DNA of 63,930 nucleotides, filler included, from an uncultured Ignavibacteriales bacterium (GTDB lineage Bacteria > Zixibacteria > MSB-5A5 > GN15 > JAAZOE01): NCBI GenBank assembly GCA_964611355.1. It is 5 parts of 5 records of this genome, joined end to end, with 100 filler letters (N's around TTAATTAATTAA, not from the genome) between each part and the next. Parts side by side here need not be neighbours in the genome. Positions count along the whole stretch, not along the records: positions 15,909 to 31,221 come from CAZSYD010000052.1; positions 31,322 to 46,121 come from CAZSYD010000054.1; 3 more parts are not named here. One strand, 5' to 3'. The notes beneath the pieces are model-generated. The model worked only from the letters and a program-made list of their open reading frames with translations, was not told the DNA's origin and made no database searches. This document shows, piece by piece, positions 21,701 through 31,328 of this stretch (positions are counted from its first letter, which is position 1; each line of letters begins with the position of its first letter). Both the position numbers and the translations under genes were made by a program.

Positions 21701-21780
21701 TTGCTACCTTCCTGACTCTAGGATTGGTGCCAAGTTTCTACTTGATAGGACAGGATATCAGAAGGCTGTTCAAAATGTAA
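18706..21780 (+). CDS. RND efflux transporter permease (AcrB-like)
   Basis: 1024 aa; LGIIVDDAIV, GVVVNDSLVLV, RLRPILITT. Confidence 0.96.
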   Translation: MYSFFKFFAARHKLANLFTIAVILLGLHALTYIQRDRRPQVDFGQMTVTTRYLGASSEDVELNVTNKIEEQLKGVRGIDDIVSFSMENMSTIQVNIDPDASDPDEIKLEIREAVGRVTDLPPEVDDLPSVKDIKSSIMPVLEVGITGDIPYREKRSIVDRLEKRLEELPGVSSVEKYGYRAREIKIEVKSSALENYQISLGEIIAAVRGQNIRATAGTFESYTSEKSVVTLAQFRDPYEVGDVIIRSTFEGLQIKVKDLAIIRDDFEDETVMSMVNSEPALSLLISKKENADIIRTVDAVKKAVLKEQKSFPDGIGVHYANDTSHRVRSRMDVVLSNAAMGLVLVILVLTAFLRFRTALWVALSIPVTLLGVIFLLQAFNELLSSIALAAMVLVLGIIVDDAIVIAENIHRHRENGKNPLEAATEGIREVFAPVVTTILTTALAFIPMFFISGRMGKFIYVIPLVVCLALFVSLIEVTIALPAHILVGLKRISGKEKTNGGRAWFQPIQRLFKFVIYYVLKLRYIFVTLFVILFVFSARHAITSMDFVLFPSGNADELSVQIEMPIGTPLQVTSEKTAEVEQLIDSLLGDELVSSITRVGRGGDFAGVEVENMAQIALILTPPSQRDRSGVEIVKELRKKGRDIPGISKITYSVKSVGFALAGKPISLRVVGSDDVMRRKLADSLETILSSMDGVRDIERDDKYGKEQIEIVANRDKLARADLTIADIAQNIRIAYDGQIVTSVRYGEEDVDFRVSLQAKARKSLEYLSELLIPNKKGRLIPLGEVSSFKTSPGPTNFYHYNGERAVTISASIDQDITSPMAATKNILGQIDLEKDWTGMRLKTGGESKESGSSMISLLAALAFAVIGIYFLLILLFNSFSQPLMVLLAIPFGLIGVIGAFVLHDQVPSFVGMLGVIGLAGVVVNDSLVLVNHINRLREGSHKTNILQIVVEGTTDRLRPILITTFTTVASLLPLAYGIGGSDEMMTPMALALGYGLLFATFLTLGLVPSFYLIGQDIRRLFKM

Positions 21781-21954
21781 ATAAGTTGACTCGATGTAAG
21801 CGGGGTGTGGAATCTGTTACTGTCTGCGCCAATAAATATTTCCTCCTGAAGATAGCTTAATTGGAATAGATGAGGTCTGTAGGAGATTCTGATGAGAAAA
21901 CGTAACCAAAAAGTGGTCTCAATTTGGTCACCCGAGAAAGATTCCATTTTCAAA

Positions 21955-22035
21955 ATTTTCTAACCATTTTCTAACCACGAACTTCATCTAACTACCCAGT
22001 AACTTGCACTAACTTGACGCAACTTGAAGTAACTT
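21955..22035. repeat. Arm-type and helically phased repeats next to attR
   Basis: ATTTTCTAACC x2 (21955-21976); AACT(T/A) at 21980, 21990, 22001, 22011, 22021, 22031. Confidence 0.8.
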
Positions 22036-22629
22036 AACCAATGTTGGGATAGCGAATTACGCGTAATTCAAGGGGCTGCAAATAGTTACGCGAAATGACC
22101 TATTTCGAATCCTACCTCCTCCGTTTTTAGAGCCGCTTGGAGCATCAGCGACTTAGCGGCTCTTAAACGCTGCGCGCCAGCGAAGGGTGCCATAAAGGCA
22201 CTTTCCTGCTGTCGCGTGGTTTATTCAAGTTTGTCTCTCGTAAATCAGAGTCTGGTTTTGGAATTTCGGTTTAATCGAATACGGCATTTCCGGATAGGCG
22301 GAAATGGGTTTGTTTTGTTATTTTTAAAAGGGGCCCCAAAACCTCTTTTCCTTTTTTTGAAAAATTCGATGATAACTCTTGTAATACCGGGTGGATACAG
22401 AATCACTATCGGATTGATAGTGGAATTGATGGGGGTTTTGTCTGGGCAAGTCGTATTTGGCATTGCCGCGGAGGGGCCCGATAGGGACTATTGGCGCAAG
22501 ATCACACCGCCGCTGGCGCGTCGCCAAGACCCTGCGCAACGGTAAACCTTGACCGGTGGTCAAGGGCACCCGGCGAGAGATAAAACCATTTATAAATTGG
22601 TTTTCTGCCTTCGGTCAGGCGATAGAATA

Positions 22630-23808
22630 TTACCACACCCCCTTTTCCACCTGCTCGTTGCAAACATCTTCCATTTTTTGCTGCACATCGGCCGGGTCAG
22701 AGTTTAGCAGAATATTAATTTTAGTGGCTATTTCAGGCTCGGCTTCTTTTGCAAGCAATATCAGACCACCCTTTACTCTTGGGCGGTCTGCGGCATTGCT
22801 GCAAAGCGACCATTCGGCCGTAGCGCCCGTTAAGTATTTCATTAAATCTTTTCTTTCATCCGTGTATTCAAGGTGCAAAACGATTTGCTTTATATAATAA
22901 ATATTGCCGCTGGCAAAATAGGCTCCCCAATAAAGATCATTTAATCCGGGTTCGATATCTTCATTTTTAAATACCTTGTTGGGGTCTTTTGATGCGTTGG
23001 CGGCCTTTTTAATAAACTCGCTCAATGCTTTATGGCTTTTCCCAATTTCCTTCCATTCTTTCAGTGCTTCTTCGTTTTGTGAAAAGACGACTGCAAAAAA
23101 GCCGTAATTTGCCGAAATTGTTTTTGAATTACTCAGAACCCCCAAATCAGCCGCAAAAATTAGCGCTTCGGAAACCAAATCGGGCCTTGGTGCCATATAA
23201 TACTCGCTTATGAACAGATCCAGATCGTACAGTTCACTTATATGCGATAAAGTATCGAGAGCCGAAGATACAAAATCATCTTCCTCCACGCTAAAACTAA
23301 GGCTCAACGGAACTGTGACATTTTTATTGTTTTCCTTAATTACTAAATCAACCTTATAAATTCCAAAAGGGTCATCTCCCTCGATTCTAATCACAATCGG
23401 CTGTTGCAGAAGATAAAATGCACCACTGGCAGGGCCATTGTCGCAAATAACCAAATCTGAATAGCTTCCATATTCCGATCCATCCGGCCGCAAGATAGTA
23501 ATATCATAAGTCAGATTAGCATTGCCAGAGTCATCGACGGCGTCGGTTTCAAATAGTACAATTGGAAAAATACTATCGCCTCGGTTTACCAAACGAGTAT
23601 TAGTAATAAGGGGCGGTTCCGGATTCGACCAATCATCAAAAAACTTTGCATAATCGACAAAGAAGTACATAAGTGTCAAACCATCTTTATTGTATTCTGC
23701 CGTTGTAGCCGTATCGGCAGGATCTGCAAGAACAGAAGAAAATGTAAAAAACGAAACTACAAGAAATAAAAAAAACCCTTGCCGCACACTCAATCCCTCA
23801 TTAAACAA
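22630..23808 (-). CDS. Hypothetical secreted protein
   Basis: 392 aa, AT-rich, signal peptide, beta-rich N half and helical C half. Confidence 0.8.
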   Translation of the reverse strand: MFNEGLSVRQGFFLFLVVSFFTFSSVLADPADTATTAEYNKDGLTLMYFFVDYAKFFDDWSNPEPPLITNTRLVNRGDSIFPIVLFETDAVDDSGNANLTYDITILRPDGSEYGSYSDLVICDNGPASGAFYLLQQPIVIRIEGDDPFGIYKVDLVIKENNKNVTVPLSLSFSVEEDDFVSSALDTLSHISELYDLDLFISEYYMAPRPDLVSEALIFAADLGVLSNSKTISANYGFFAVVFSQNEEALKEWKEIGKSHKALSEFIKKAANASKDPNKVFKNEDIEPGLNDLYWGAYFASGNIYYIKQIVLHLEYTDERKDLMKYLTGATAEWSLCSNAADRPRVKGGLILLAKEAEPEIATKINILLNSDPADVQQKMEDVCNEQVEKGVW

Positions 23809-23912
23809 TATTAAAATATATTTACATCCTATATACCAATATAACTATTTTGTCAGGATTAAACAATTACATTAAGAAATAATAGATATAAGGAATATTC
23901 GGGCAGTCAGTC

Positions 23913-24197
23913 ATGTGGTATCTTTATATTCTCCAATGCAAAGACGGCTCTTATTATATTGGTGTCACTATTAATATAAGGCAGCGTTTGGACCGCCACA
24001 ATTCCGGCAAAGGCGCCAAATATACGCGTTCCAAGCGACCCTGCGAACTGGTTTATTTTGAGGAGTGCGATAATGAAGTCAAGGCCCGCAGCCGTGAACA
24101 TGAACTCAAGAAGTGGCGAAGAGATGCAAAGGAAAGATTGGTGAGTGGGTTTCTTTCGTCTGCGCTGTCGCGCATCCTCAGGATCTCCGGACAGTAG
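23913..24197 (+). CDS. GIY-YIG nuclease family protein
   Basis: YLYILQCKDGSYYIG, RLDRHNSGKGAKYT, ARSREHELKKW. Confidence 0.93.
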   Translation: MWYLYILQCKDGSYYIGVTINIRQRLDRHNSGKGAKYTRSKRPCELVYFEECDNEVKARSREHELKKWRRDAKERLVSGFLSSALSRILRISGQ

Positions 24198-24205
24198 TCC
24201 TTCGA

Positions 24206-24357
24206 CGAATCCTGCCTCGTTTGTTTTTAGAATCAGTTATAAGCGAAGCGAGTTACTGATTCTTAAATCCCGAACGAAGTGAGGGATAAGTCGTGCGCAG
24301 TACTGAGTGAAACGAAGTAAGTGAAACGAAGCGTAATAAACAACTCCGGCAGGATTC
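24206..24357. repeat. REP/MITE-like palindrome cluster
   Basis: GAATCCTGCC (24207-24216)/GGCAGGATTC (24348-24357); inner GAATCAGT...ACTGATTC, ATCCCGAACGAAGTGAGGGAT, AGTGAAACGAAG x2. Confidence 0.65.
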
Positions 24358-24394
24358 TGATGTAGCGGTATTTATATGTTTTGGAAGCGGGATA

Positions 24395-25108
24395 TCATTT
24401 CATACACATACAGAAATAGTGATCGACGTAAAAGTGAAAACTCTCCGGCAAGCCTTGATTATGTAAAGCCCGCATCGCCTTGTCATCCACCTGCCAGGGA
24501 GCGTATTCCGGCCTGGTTGGGATGTGATAGGTGACCAACAACCAGTCAGTATATGCGACTGTATCGAAAATGCGTTCGGCGCCGTCGAGGTTGAGCATAT
24601 CACCTACCCAATCGTTAAAAGAATAGACATACAGCCATTCGGTTTCATACCCGAGCGATTCGGCCGAGTCGGGATAAAAATATTCAATGAAAACCGTATC
24701 ATGGGTAAGGTATTCATAGACAATGTCAAAATCAATTGTGGTATCATTAGCTAATGAGATGTCGTAGGCGGTGTCGGGATGGCAATGACGGGTTTCGATG
24801 ACGGCGAAATACGCACCGATTTCGGGCGTGACGGAGAATACCGATGAATCGTCGGTCTGGCCGGAAAATGTGCAGCAGTTATCCTCCCGCACGAATTTAA
24901 CCGTGGCCGGCAGACCAGTGTAGACACTGTAGCGGTGTTCGCTCCCGGAATTGTTGACCGGATCGCGGACAGCGCAACGCCACCCGCAGACCTTGCCGGT
25001 GACGGTGACAGTGGGCTCTTCATATTTGATAATCTTTTCGTCCGTGCATGAAATACAGATCGCGATAATGCCGAGAATTGAACTCAGAATAAGTATTGCT
25101 TTGTGCAT
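24395..25108 (-). CDS. Hypothetical lipoprotein
   Basis: AAGGAGG RBS; MHKAILILSSILGIIAICISC lipobox-like. Confidence 0.78.
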   Translation of the reverse strand: MHKAILILSSILGIIAICISCTDEKIIKYEEPTVTVTGKVCGWRCAVRDPVNNSGSEHRYSVYTGLPATVKFVREDNCCTFSGQTDDSSVFSVTPEIGAYFAVIETRHCHPDTAYDISLANDTTIDFDIVYEYLTHDTVFIEYFYPDSAESLGYETEWLYVYSFNDWVGDMLNLDGAERIFDTVAYTDWLLVTYHIPTRPEYAPWQVDDKAMRALHNQGLPESFHFYVDHYFCMCMK

Positions 25109-25292
25109 AACCCCTCCTTTGCAACACATGACGGATATCAGTAGCCTATATAATAATTCCTGCGAAGTCAACCGCTTTTGTTATGCTTATAATCAAGACG
25201 ATCATTGCGGTTTATTGTTGAATGCCTGTTTCCCGTATTTTATTATATATTGGCAGTCGGAAGGAATATGGCTCCTTTAATTAGATATCAAT

Positions 25293-26312
25293 ATGATCGA
25301 TTTTGAAAAACTTGAAAAGGCGTACGACGAAGACGGGATATATGCCCTGCAACTCGAAGTCGGCGACGTTTGCTTTCAGGGATGCTCATATTGCTATATG
25401 AACGCTCTGCCGCAGGAAAAAAACAAGTTGTCTGATAATAAAATTACGGAGATTTTGCGTGACTCCCATAAGCTGGGTATTACTGCTGTCGAATGGCTGG
25501 GCGGGGAGCCGCTTCTGAGAAAATCCATTTTTGATCACATGACCGAGGCCCGAGAGCTTGGACTGAGAAACAATATGTGGACAGGCGGCCTGCCGCTGGA
25601 GGACAAAGAAATCCTGCGCCAAACGGCTGAATTATGCGGCAATGGCCTGATCGCCGTCCATACTTCGACCATTGACCCAAAGATATACAAGCTGCTTCAT
25701 CCGGAACGTCCGGTCGAAGATATGGAGATTATCATAAATGCCGTCAGAGATCTGCTGGGACTCGGTTATCCGGCCAAAAAAATATTAAACTCGGTAACTT
25801 TCACCGGCTTTCAATCATCCGATGATATGATTGCCACAATAGATTATTTTGAAGAAACCTTCGGCATTAACACCTCTTTGAATGTTTATCATACATATCT
25901 TCGGCCGGACGCCGACCCGTGGGAACTTGAAAAGTATGTTCCCTCCAAAAAGGAAGTGGCCAAAGTCTATCAAAGATATAAGAAGCAGTACGGGTATGAA
26001 ATACTGCCAATGAACTGCGTCAACAAGCAGTATTGTTCGGCCACGGCTGCCGTGCTGTGCGATGGCGGTGTCACTCCCTGCGCCACTATCAGGGAAGAGA
26101 ACCCTCCTAATGTAAATACAGATGGACGGCTGTACGATATCGTAAATCAACACCGCGATTATCTCGTTTTCAAAAGGCTGAAAGATATCAAAAACCTGCC
26201 GGAAGAATGCCGTGTCTGCAAGGCCTCGGATTATTGCTGGGGTTGCCGTTCCCGGGCGTTCGCCGCCGGCGAAGGCATCTATGGCAAGGACCCTCGCTGT
26301 TTTCGCAGTTGA
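25293..26312 (+). CDS. Radical SAM/SPASM-domain protein
   Basis: CFQGCSYC, GGEPLL, DGGVTPC, CRVC...CWGCRSRA...DPRC. Confidence 0.93.
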   Translation: MIDFEKLEKAYDEDGIYALQLEVGDVCFQGCSYCYMNALPQEKNKLSDNKITEILRDSHKLGITAVEWLGGEPLLRKSIFDHMTEARELGLRNNMWTGGLPLEDKEILRQTAELCGNGLIAVHTSTIDPKIYKLLHPERPVEDMEIIINAVRDLLGLGYPAKKILNSVTFTGFQSSDDMIATIDYFEETFGINTSLNVYHTYLRPDADPWELEKYVPSKKEVAKVYQRYKKQYGYEILPMNCVNKQYCSATAAVLCDGGVTPCATIREENPPNVNTDGRLYDIVNQHRDYLVFKRLKDIKNLPEECRVCKASDYCWGCRSRAFAAGEGIYGKDPRCFRS

Positions 26313-26509
26313 GTGTCGATTGGGATAACTTTATCTCTGGCGTAAGACATAGTATTCTTAATAAAGATAACCAAATGTAAGGGTATAAGAAAATCCGACA
26401 ATTTGTTGAAAAATACATTAAAACCGATTAAGGTATAACAGTAAAATCATCAAGTCGGGAGGATTATCTTCCGGCCTTTGTTTTAGATTGGTCAAAACGA
26501 GAAAGGCTG

Positions 26510-27091
26510 ATGTCAAAGTCACCATCAAAACGCTCCCGCAGAGATTCCCATCCGGCATCCGGCCCGGGCGTCAGGCCGGAAGAGGATTTATTCGACATTA
26601 TTGAAAACATCGACGATGATCCGCTGATACTTATTCTCGATGGTATTCAGGATCCGCATAATCTCGGTGCCTGCCTGCGGACCGCCGACGCCGCCGGAGT
26701 GCATGCCGTGATTGCTCCCAAAGATCGGGCCGTATCGATTACCGAGACAGTCCGCCATATTGCCCGCGGTGGAGCGGAAAGCGTTCCATTTATTCAGGTG
26801 ACCAACCTGGTGAGAACGATGAAGAAACTGCAGGAGGCCAACATCTGGCTGGTCGGTACCGCCGATCAGGCCGATCAGTCAATATACGACGTCGATCTGA
26901 CCGGCCCGCTCGGTCTGGTTATGGGCTTTGAGGGCAAGGGAATAAGACGCCTGACTCGTGAACGATGCGATTTTTTAGCCCGCATACCGATGGCCGGGAA
27001 AGTGGAGTGTCTCAACGTTTCCGTCGCGGCGGGAGTTTGTCTCTTTGAGGCGGTTCGCCAGAGAGCGAATAAGGGTAATCGTCACAAATAA
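26510..27091 (+). CDS. rlmB: TrmH/SpoU RNA methyltransferase, RlmB-like catalytic domain only
   Basis: [39 protein letters not shown]; 193 aa. Confidence 0.8.
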   Translation: MSKSPSKRSRRDSHPASGPGVRPEEDLFDIIENIDDDPLILILDGIQDPHNLGACLRTADAAGVHAVIAPKDRAVSITETVRHIARGGAESVPFIQVTNLVRTMKKLQEANIWLVGTADQADQSIYDVDLTGPLGLVMGFEGKGIRRLTRERCDFLARIPMAGKVECLNVSVAAGVCLFEAVRQRANKGNRHK

Positions 27092-27193
27092 AGACTTCTA
27101 TTATAATCAGATCAAAGTCAGGGCAAAAACATCCGGAGCCGCGCGCGTAAATTTTCCGCAATAGCCATTGTTTGTATCAACCTAATTTATTAG

Positions 27194-27222
27194 TTGACAA
27201 AATGTTAGGCTTGTGTTAAGTT
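27194..27222 (+). promoter_or_regulatory. Putative sigma70 promoter of S8 gene
   Basis: TTGACA-17 bp-TAAGTT with TG extension. Confidence 0.5.
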
Positions 27223-27388
27223 ATAGAAAAACCTGCCGTTGTATCTTGAAGAAGCTGCAACTCGGAAACTTGCACATTGTAATATAGATCGTTGTTCAAT
27301 TAATTTTACACCCTTCGATGGTAGGGAAAGATATCAGGGTAATAACCTATCTGATACCTTTCTCACCGCGAAGAGGGAGGTTGTTAAA

Positions 27389-30385
27389 ATGCGCCGATAT
27401 ATGTCGATAGCTTTTGCCTTATGCCTTATGTTATTATTCGGTATGAAGCTGCCGGTTCAGGCCGCTGACCCGCCTTATCCCTGCGAAGAGGATTTGATCG
27501 AGGTGATGTTCTCACCCGATTCCAGGGTGCGGCTGCGCGACGGCGTACCGGTTGACCTGGCGACCAAGGCCATGACGGGTGTCAACGAAATACTCAGCGG
27601 CTTTGATTGGACTGAGTGGAATCGTATCTGCAGTCTTCCCGAAGAACGACTTGATGAACTTCATGCCAGCGGTGAAGCCAATACCGGGAAAACGCTTTAT
27701 AATTTGAACAATATTTATCGCTTGCGTATTCCGGTTGGTAATGATATCTGGCAGGTCAGCCGGGATCTGGAATCTCTGCCCGGTATTATCCTTGCCCGTC
27801 CGGTGCCGAAACCGATGCCGCCACCTTTGGTCGGCGATTATGAACCGGAGCAGGGGTATCTTGACTCGGCCGGTTGCACGCCGACCGGTATCGACGCCGA
27901 ATACGCCTGGACATTGACCGGCGGGAACGGAACCGGCGTCACCGTTTGCGATCTGGAATACGGCTGGTATTATAATCATGCCGATATCACCAAGGCGGTC
28001 GGGTCTCAGATTAATCCATATCCATTGTCGCTTCCGGCCGGCGAAACCGACGATCACGGCACAGCCGTCATCGGCGTGATGGTTTCCGACGGCAACGGCT
28101 GGGGCACGACCGGTATCAGTCATGGAGCATCATTGAAAACCTGTGGTACCTATTACGGAACTTCTCCGGCATGGAATGTTCCGGATGCAATAACCATGGC
28201 GATTAACGCTTTGTCGGCTGGCGACGTGATCCTTCTGTAACAGCAATGGGACTACTATGGCGGCGGAACTTATGTTCCCATCGAATGGTGGTTGAATTAC
28301 AGCCCGAACGATCAAACTTGCAATGGAGTTTATGCGGCCATTGAGACCGCCGTTGCCAATGGTATTCATGTTGTCGAAGTCGGAGGAAACGGCAATGTAA
28401 ACACCGGTAATCTGAACTGGTACGGGAATTCGGGGGCGATTATCGTGGGCGCGGGCGGCGCCAGCCTTGGACCTAATGCCGATCTGCAAAGACTTTCTTT
28501 CTCAAGCTACGGCGGCCGGTTCAACCTCCAGGGCTGGGGCGAAAACGTCGTTACCACCGGTTACGGCGATCGATACAATGCCGGTGGAAAGGACTCCCTG
28601 TACACGGCCATTTTTGCCGGTACCTCCAGCGCTTCGCCGATTGTCGCCGGAGCGGTCGGCTGTTGTGTCGGATTCTGGAAAGGCCTGGGCTGGAATGAAT
28701 CCCTGCTGACTCCAACCCTGCTGCGTGATGTTCTTATGTGGACCGGCACGCCGCAGGATTATTCGGTCACCGGGCATATCGGTCCGCGCCCGAATCTCAG
28801 GGCGGCCTGTTCCACTCTGATTCTCCAGGAAATCGAATGGGGCGATGCCACCAGCGGGCCGCTGGCCAACAATAACGGTCATGGTATGGCCGTCGCATGG
28901 GGAGATTATGACGACAATGGATTGCTCGATATTTACCTCTCCAATAATGGAACCAACAAGCTTTTCCGCAATACCGGCGGCGGAATATTTACCGACGCCA
29001 CAGCCAGTCCTCTGGATGATGCCGGAGTCGGCAAAGGCGTAGCCTGGGCCGATTACGATAACGACGGGAATCTCGATCTTTACCTGGTCAACGACGGCAT
29101 CGCCAACAAGCTATTCAGAAATAACGGCACGGCTTTTGTCGATGCCACCTCGGGGCCGCTCGGTGATGCCGGCAATGGCCAGGGATTGGCCTGGGGAGAT
29201 TACGATAATGACGGCTGGGTCGATCTTTATTTCTCCAATTGGGGCAGCGCCAATAAATTGCTTCGGAACAACGGCGACGGGTCCTTTACCGACGCCACTT
29301 CGAGTCCTCTTGGTGATGGCGGACACGGTAGCGGAACGGCCTGGGGCGACTACGACAATGACGGGTATCTTGACCTGTATCTCGCCAATGGCGATTTAGA
29401 AGCTAACAAACTATTCCATAATGAAGGTAACGGCACCTTTACCGATGCCACCAGTGGACCTTTGGGGGATGCCGGGTACGGTACCGGAGCGGCCTGGGGC
29501 GATTATGACAATGACGGCTACCTCGATCTCTTCCTGGTCAACAACGGTCAGGATAACAAACTTTTTCACAACGAAGGGAACGGAACATTTACCGATGTCA
29601 CCGCCGGGCCGCTGGGCGGTAATGCGGCCTATGATATCGGTGTTGCCTGGGGTGATTACGACAACGATGGCGACCTCGACCTCTATGTAACGGCCAGTTA
29701 CTGCTGCAACAGGCTGCTTCGCAATGACGGCGGGGGAGTATTTACCGACGCTACTACCGGCCCCATAAGCGATGCTCAGCACTATAGCATGGGCGGCGCC
29801 TGGGGTGATTATGACAACGATGGCGATATAGATATTTACCAGGCCAATACCGGGTTTGTGGATGATAATAAGCTGTTCGAAAACAAGCTGAGTTCGTCCA
29901 ACAACTGGCTTCATATCGACCTCGTTGGCATGGTTTCGAATAAATCTGCAATCGGCGCACGTGTCAGGGTGGTTGTCGGCGGCGCATCACAAATCAGGGA
30001 AATCTCGGGAGGTTCGGGATTCTGCTCGCAGAATTCATTGACGGCCGAGTTCGGGCTCGGTTCGGCGACAACGGTCGATTCAATTATTATTTCGTGGCCT
30101 TCCGGTATTGTTCAGGATACTGCGGTTGTGGCGGTTAATCAGTTGCTGCAATTCACCGAGCCGACTTCAATCATCTGCGGTGACGCCAACGACGATAAAA
30201 TGGTCAATCTCGGCGACGCCGTTTTCATTAACACGATTGTCTTTGGCAACGGCGCGATGCCCGATCCGCCGTGCAAGGGTGACGCCAACGGCGACGGCTC
30301 GCTCAACCTCGGCGACGCCGTTTATCTCAATAACCTTGTTTTTCATGATGGCCCGGCCCCGGTGACGACGTGTTGTCCGTGGTAG
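27389..30385 (+). pseudogene. S8 serine protease + 7 FG-GAP repeats + ASPIC/UnbV-like + dockerin-like tail, split by one in-frame TAA (28238-28240)
   Basis: Both ORFs share a frame; Asp (VTVCDLE) and His (HGTAV) lie before the stop, Ser (GTSSASP) after; seven AW(G/A)DYDxxG repeats; twin GDAN..NLGDAV. Confidence 0.88.
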
Positions 30386-30408
30386 AATATCGCCTGATTT
30401 TGAATATC

Positions 30409-30432
30409 GGGGCCGGTTTAATCCGGCCCCTT
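30409..30432 (+). terminator. Putative terminator hairpin
   Basis: GGGGCCGG-tttaat-CCGGCCCC after S8 gene; short T tail. Confidence 0.5.
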
Positions 30433-30542
30433 AAGGTTGATGACAAAGCCGAATGGGTCTCATTGCGAGATCGCCTGCAAACAGGTATCGAGACGATGCG
30501 AAGAAGAAGCAACCGGAAATTCTATTGTTAGCCCACGCGCTT

Positions 30543-31220
30543 CTATGCGTTTAGATACTGCTCTTCGCCTTTTACCCATGCGAAATGCAGCCTGATTCCT
30601 GAACGCTTTCCGACTGATACGGTCTTGTCAACGGCTGCTGATGCTCCAAAAAGCGAAACGAAACACTTATAGTCTTCGAAGCATTCATTACTTGAACTGA
30701 AGGAGTGAACCAACATGACCGCTTGATTTGCATGGAAACGCCTGGCTTCAATAATGGCAGAGGCTGTTCGGTGCAATAATTGATATCTTATATTCTCCGG
30801 AGGTTTGGTATCCAGGCCAAGAACAGAACACAAATATTCGAACCTTTTCTTCTTGCCGACGGACGAATTTGGATCCCATTCGCCGATGGTGGGACCGAAT
30901 GGTTCGGAAACTTTGCCTTCTACGGCAATTGAGACAAGATCTTTTTCCGTTCCGCCAAGCACCCATATATCATTTTGGGATGGTCCGGCGCCACCCGGTA
31001 AAGGAACCTGATGCTCAGGAATTACAATCAGGGCTTCCAAACCCGCCAGTTCCGGTGCTTGATACAGGACCTTTTTTACATGGTCTGGAATACCGTCCGC
31101 CTTTTGCCAGCAATACGCTAATGTTCTTGCGGAGTAACCCCGCTTCCATTGTTTCTCAGGCTCAGCAAGAAACTGCTTCCATTCCTCTGCATTCTTGGAT
31201 GGAATATATACTTTGCTCAT
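30543..31220 (-). CDS. DUF6946-like protein (PD-(D/E)xK-like)
   Basis: QWKRGYSARTLAYCW, SQNDIWV, IAVEGKV, RYQLLHRTASA; family recognised from memory. Confidence 0.75.
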   Translation of the reverse strand: MSKVYIPSKNAEEWKQFLAEPEKQWKRGYSARTLAYCWQKADGIPDHVKKVLYQAPELAGLEALIVIPEHQVPLPGGAGPSQNDIWVLGGTEKDLVSIAVEGKVSEPFGPTIGEWDPNSSVGKKKRFEYLCSVLGLDTKPPENIRYQLLHRTASAIIEARRFHANQAVMLVHSFSSSNECFEDYKCFVSLFGASAAVDKTVSVGKRSGIRLHFAWVKGEEQYLNA

Positions 31221-31221
31221 T

Positions 31222-31321
31222 NNNNNNNNNNNNNNNNNNNNNNNNNNNNNNNNNNNNNNNNNNNNTTAATTAATTAANNNNNNNNNNNNNNNNNNNNNNN
31301 NNNNNNNNNNNNNNNNNNNNN
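31222..31321. other. Artificial contig linker
   Basis: 44 N + TTAATTAATTAA + 44 N. Confidence 0.99.
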
Positions 31322-31328
31322 GAAGCAA

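Larger units (their letters stand above)
16695..22123. mobile_element. tRNA-Ser-integrated islet without integrase
   Basis: Exact 20-bp direct repeat TTCGAATCCTACCTCCTCCG at 16695-16714 and 22104-22123; cargo looks AT-richer by eye. Confidence 0.85.

Noticed and set aside
21980..22035. Short periodic repeats as a CRISPR array
   Set aside because: 5-bp unit and 10-bp period are too short; no cas genes
22216..22569. Small ORFs after attR
   Set aside because: Overlapping on both strands, no convincing RBS or motif
28238..28240. Sec/Pyl or genetic-code reassignment
   Set aside because: Codon is TAA, which terminates rho, panD and other genes here
28890..29880. ~150-bp periodic DNA repeats
   Set aside because: Coding FG-GAP blades with codon-level variation; not CRISPR
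30430..30542. Integron attC after the DUF6946-like gene
   Set aside because: Only a GGCTAAC half-site; no matching GTTRRRY core or long palindrome
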